36,292 bases of DNA from Rickettsiales bacterium (lineage in GTDB: Bacteria; Pseudomonadota; Alphaproteobacteria; Rickettsiales; UBA1997), in contig JAITSP010000099.1 of NCBI GenBank assembly GCA_031287725.1, positions 1 to 36,292 of the forward strand. The letters run 5' to 3'. Below are positions 35,941 to 36,292 of this stretch, piece by piece. A program made the translations under genes and the position numbers. The notes under the pieces are model-generated. The model did no database searches. It saw nothing but the letters and a program-made list of their open reading frames with translations, and had not been told where the DNA came from. Numbering within the stretch: the stretch's first letter is position 1; every line of letters begins with the position of its first letter.

Positions 35941-35988
35941 GAAAAATGAACCACAAAACCCCAGGTCTTCAGGAAGCTCCTGGAGACC
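35941..35988 (-). terminator. Possible terminator or processing hairpin downstream of the 16S rRNA
   Basis: Minus strand GGTCTCCAGGA-gct-TCCTGAAGACC (11-bp stem, 1 mismatch, 35964-35988) followed by a T-rich stretch. Confidence 0.35.
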
Positions 35989-36072
35989 CTCGCACGAAAA
36001 TACTCGGCCAATGAGAAACAATAACAAAGGTGACAGCTGGAAGCATGGCCAGAGGCCAGCTTCGAACTCTTT

Positions 36073-36292
<220 letters not shown>

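Noticed and set aside
35929-36027. N-terminal hydrophobic extension (signal peptide) of the kinase from TTG 36027
   Set aside because: It runs through the post-16S hairpin region and lacks an SD, whereas ATG 35928 has GAGGG upstream. Not fully excluded.

Overview
Gene-dense chromosomal segment of an alphaproteobacterium, most plausibly a deep-branching Rickettsiales-type host-associated bacterium. That assignment is an inference from the HYGH/KLSKR type-2 IleRS, FolK-FolP fusion, IalB and ankyrin proteins, alphaproteobacterial Pgk C-terminus, and a 16S rRNA not followed by tRNAs or 23S. Most genes are housekeeping or cell envelope: typA, slt, rnhA, birA, era, rpmG, uppP, fba, folKP, glmU, lptB, lptA, lpxB, rodA, murJ, an M20 peptidase, an AsmA-like protein, ileS, parB/parA with a perfect parS, and pgk. 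No CRISPR, prophage or complete mobile element is visible; only the tail of an Rpn-family gene is seen at the left edge. Notable points: (1) IleRS carries a ~160-aa GNAT-like insertion and stops right after the helical anticodon-binding domain, followed by a perfect 19-bp hairpin; (2) two intact ORFs have lost catalytic motifs (NadE-glutaminase-like and MurD-like); (3) a Hanks-type kinase lies directly behind an unlinked 16S gene; (4) a non-coding cluster of about a dozen DnaA-box-like 9-mers; (5) an unusual preference for TAG stops (19 of 31 called CDS) and abundant CTAG; (6) a spirochaete/Bacteroidota-type aldolase. I do not see one clear novel multi-gene system; the remodelled IleRS is the best lead. 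All family calls come from motif recognition, not database searches.
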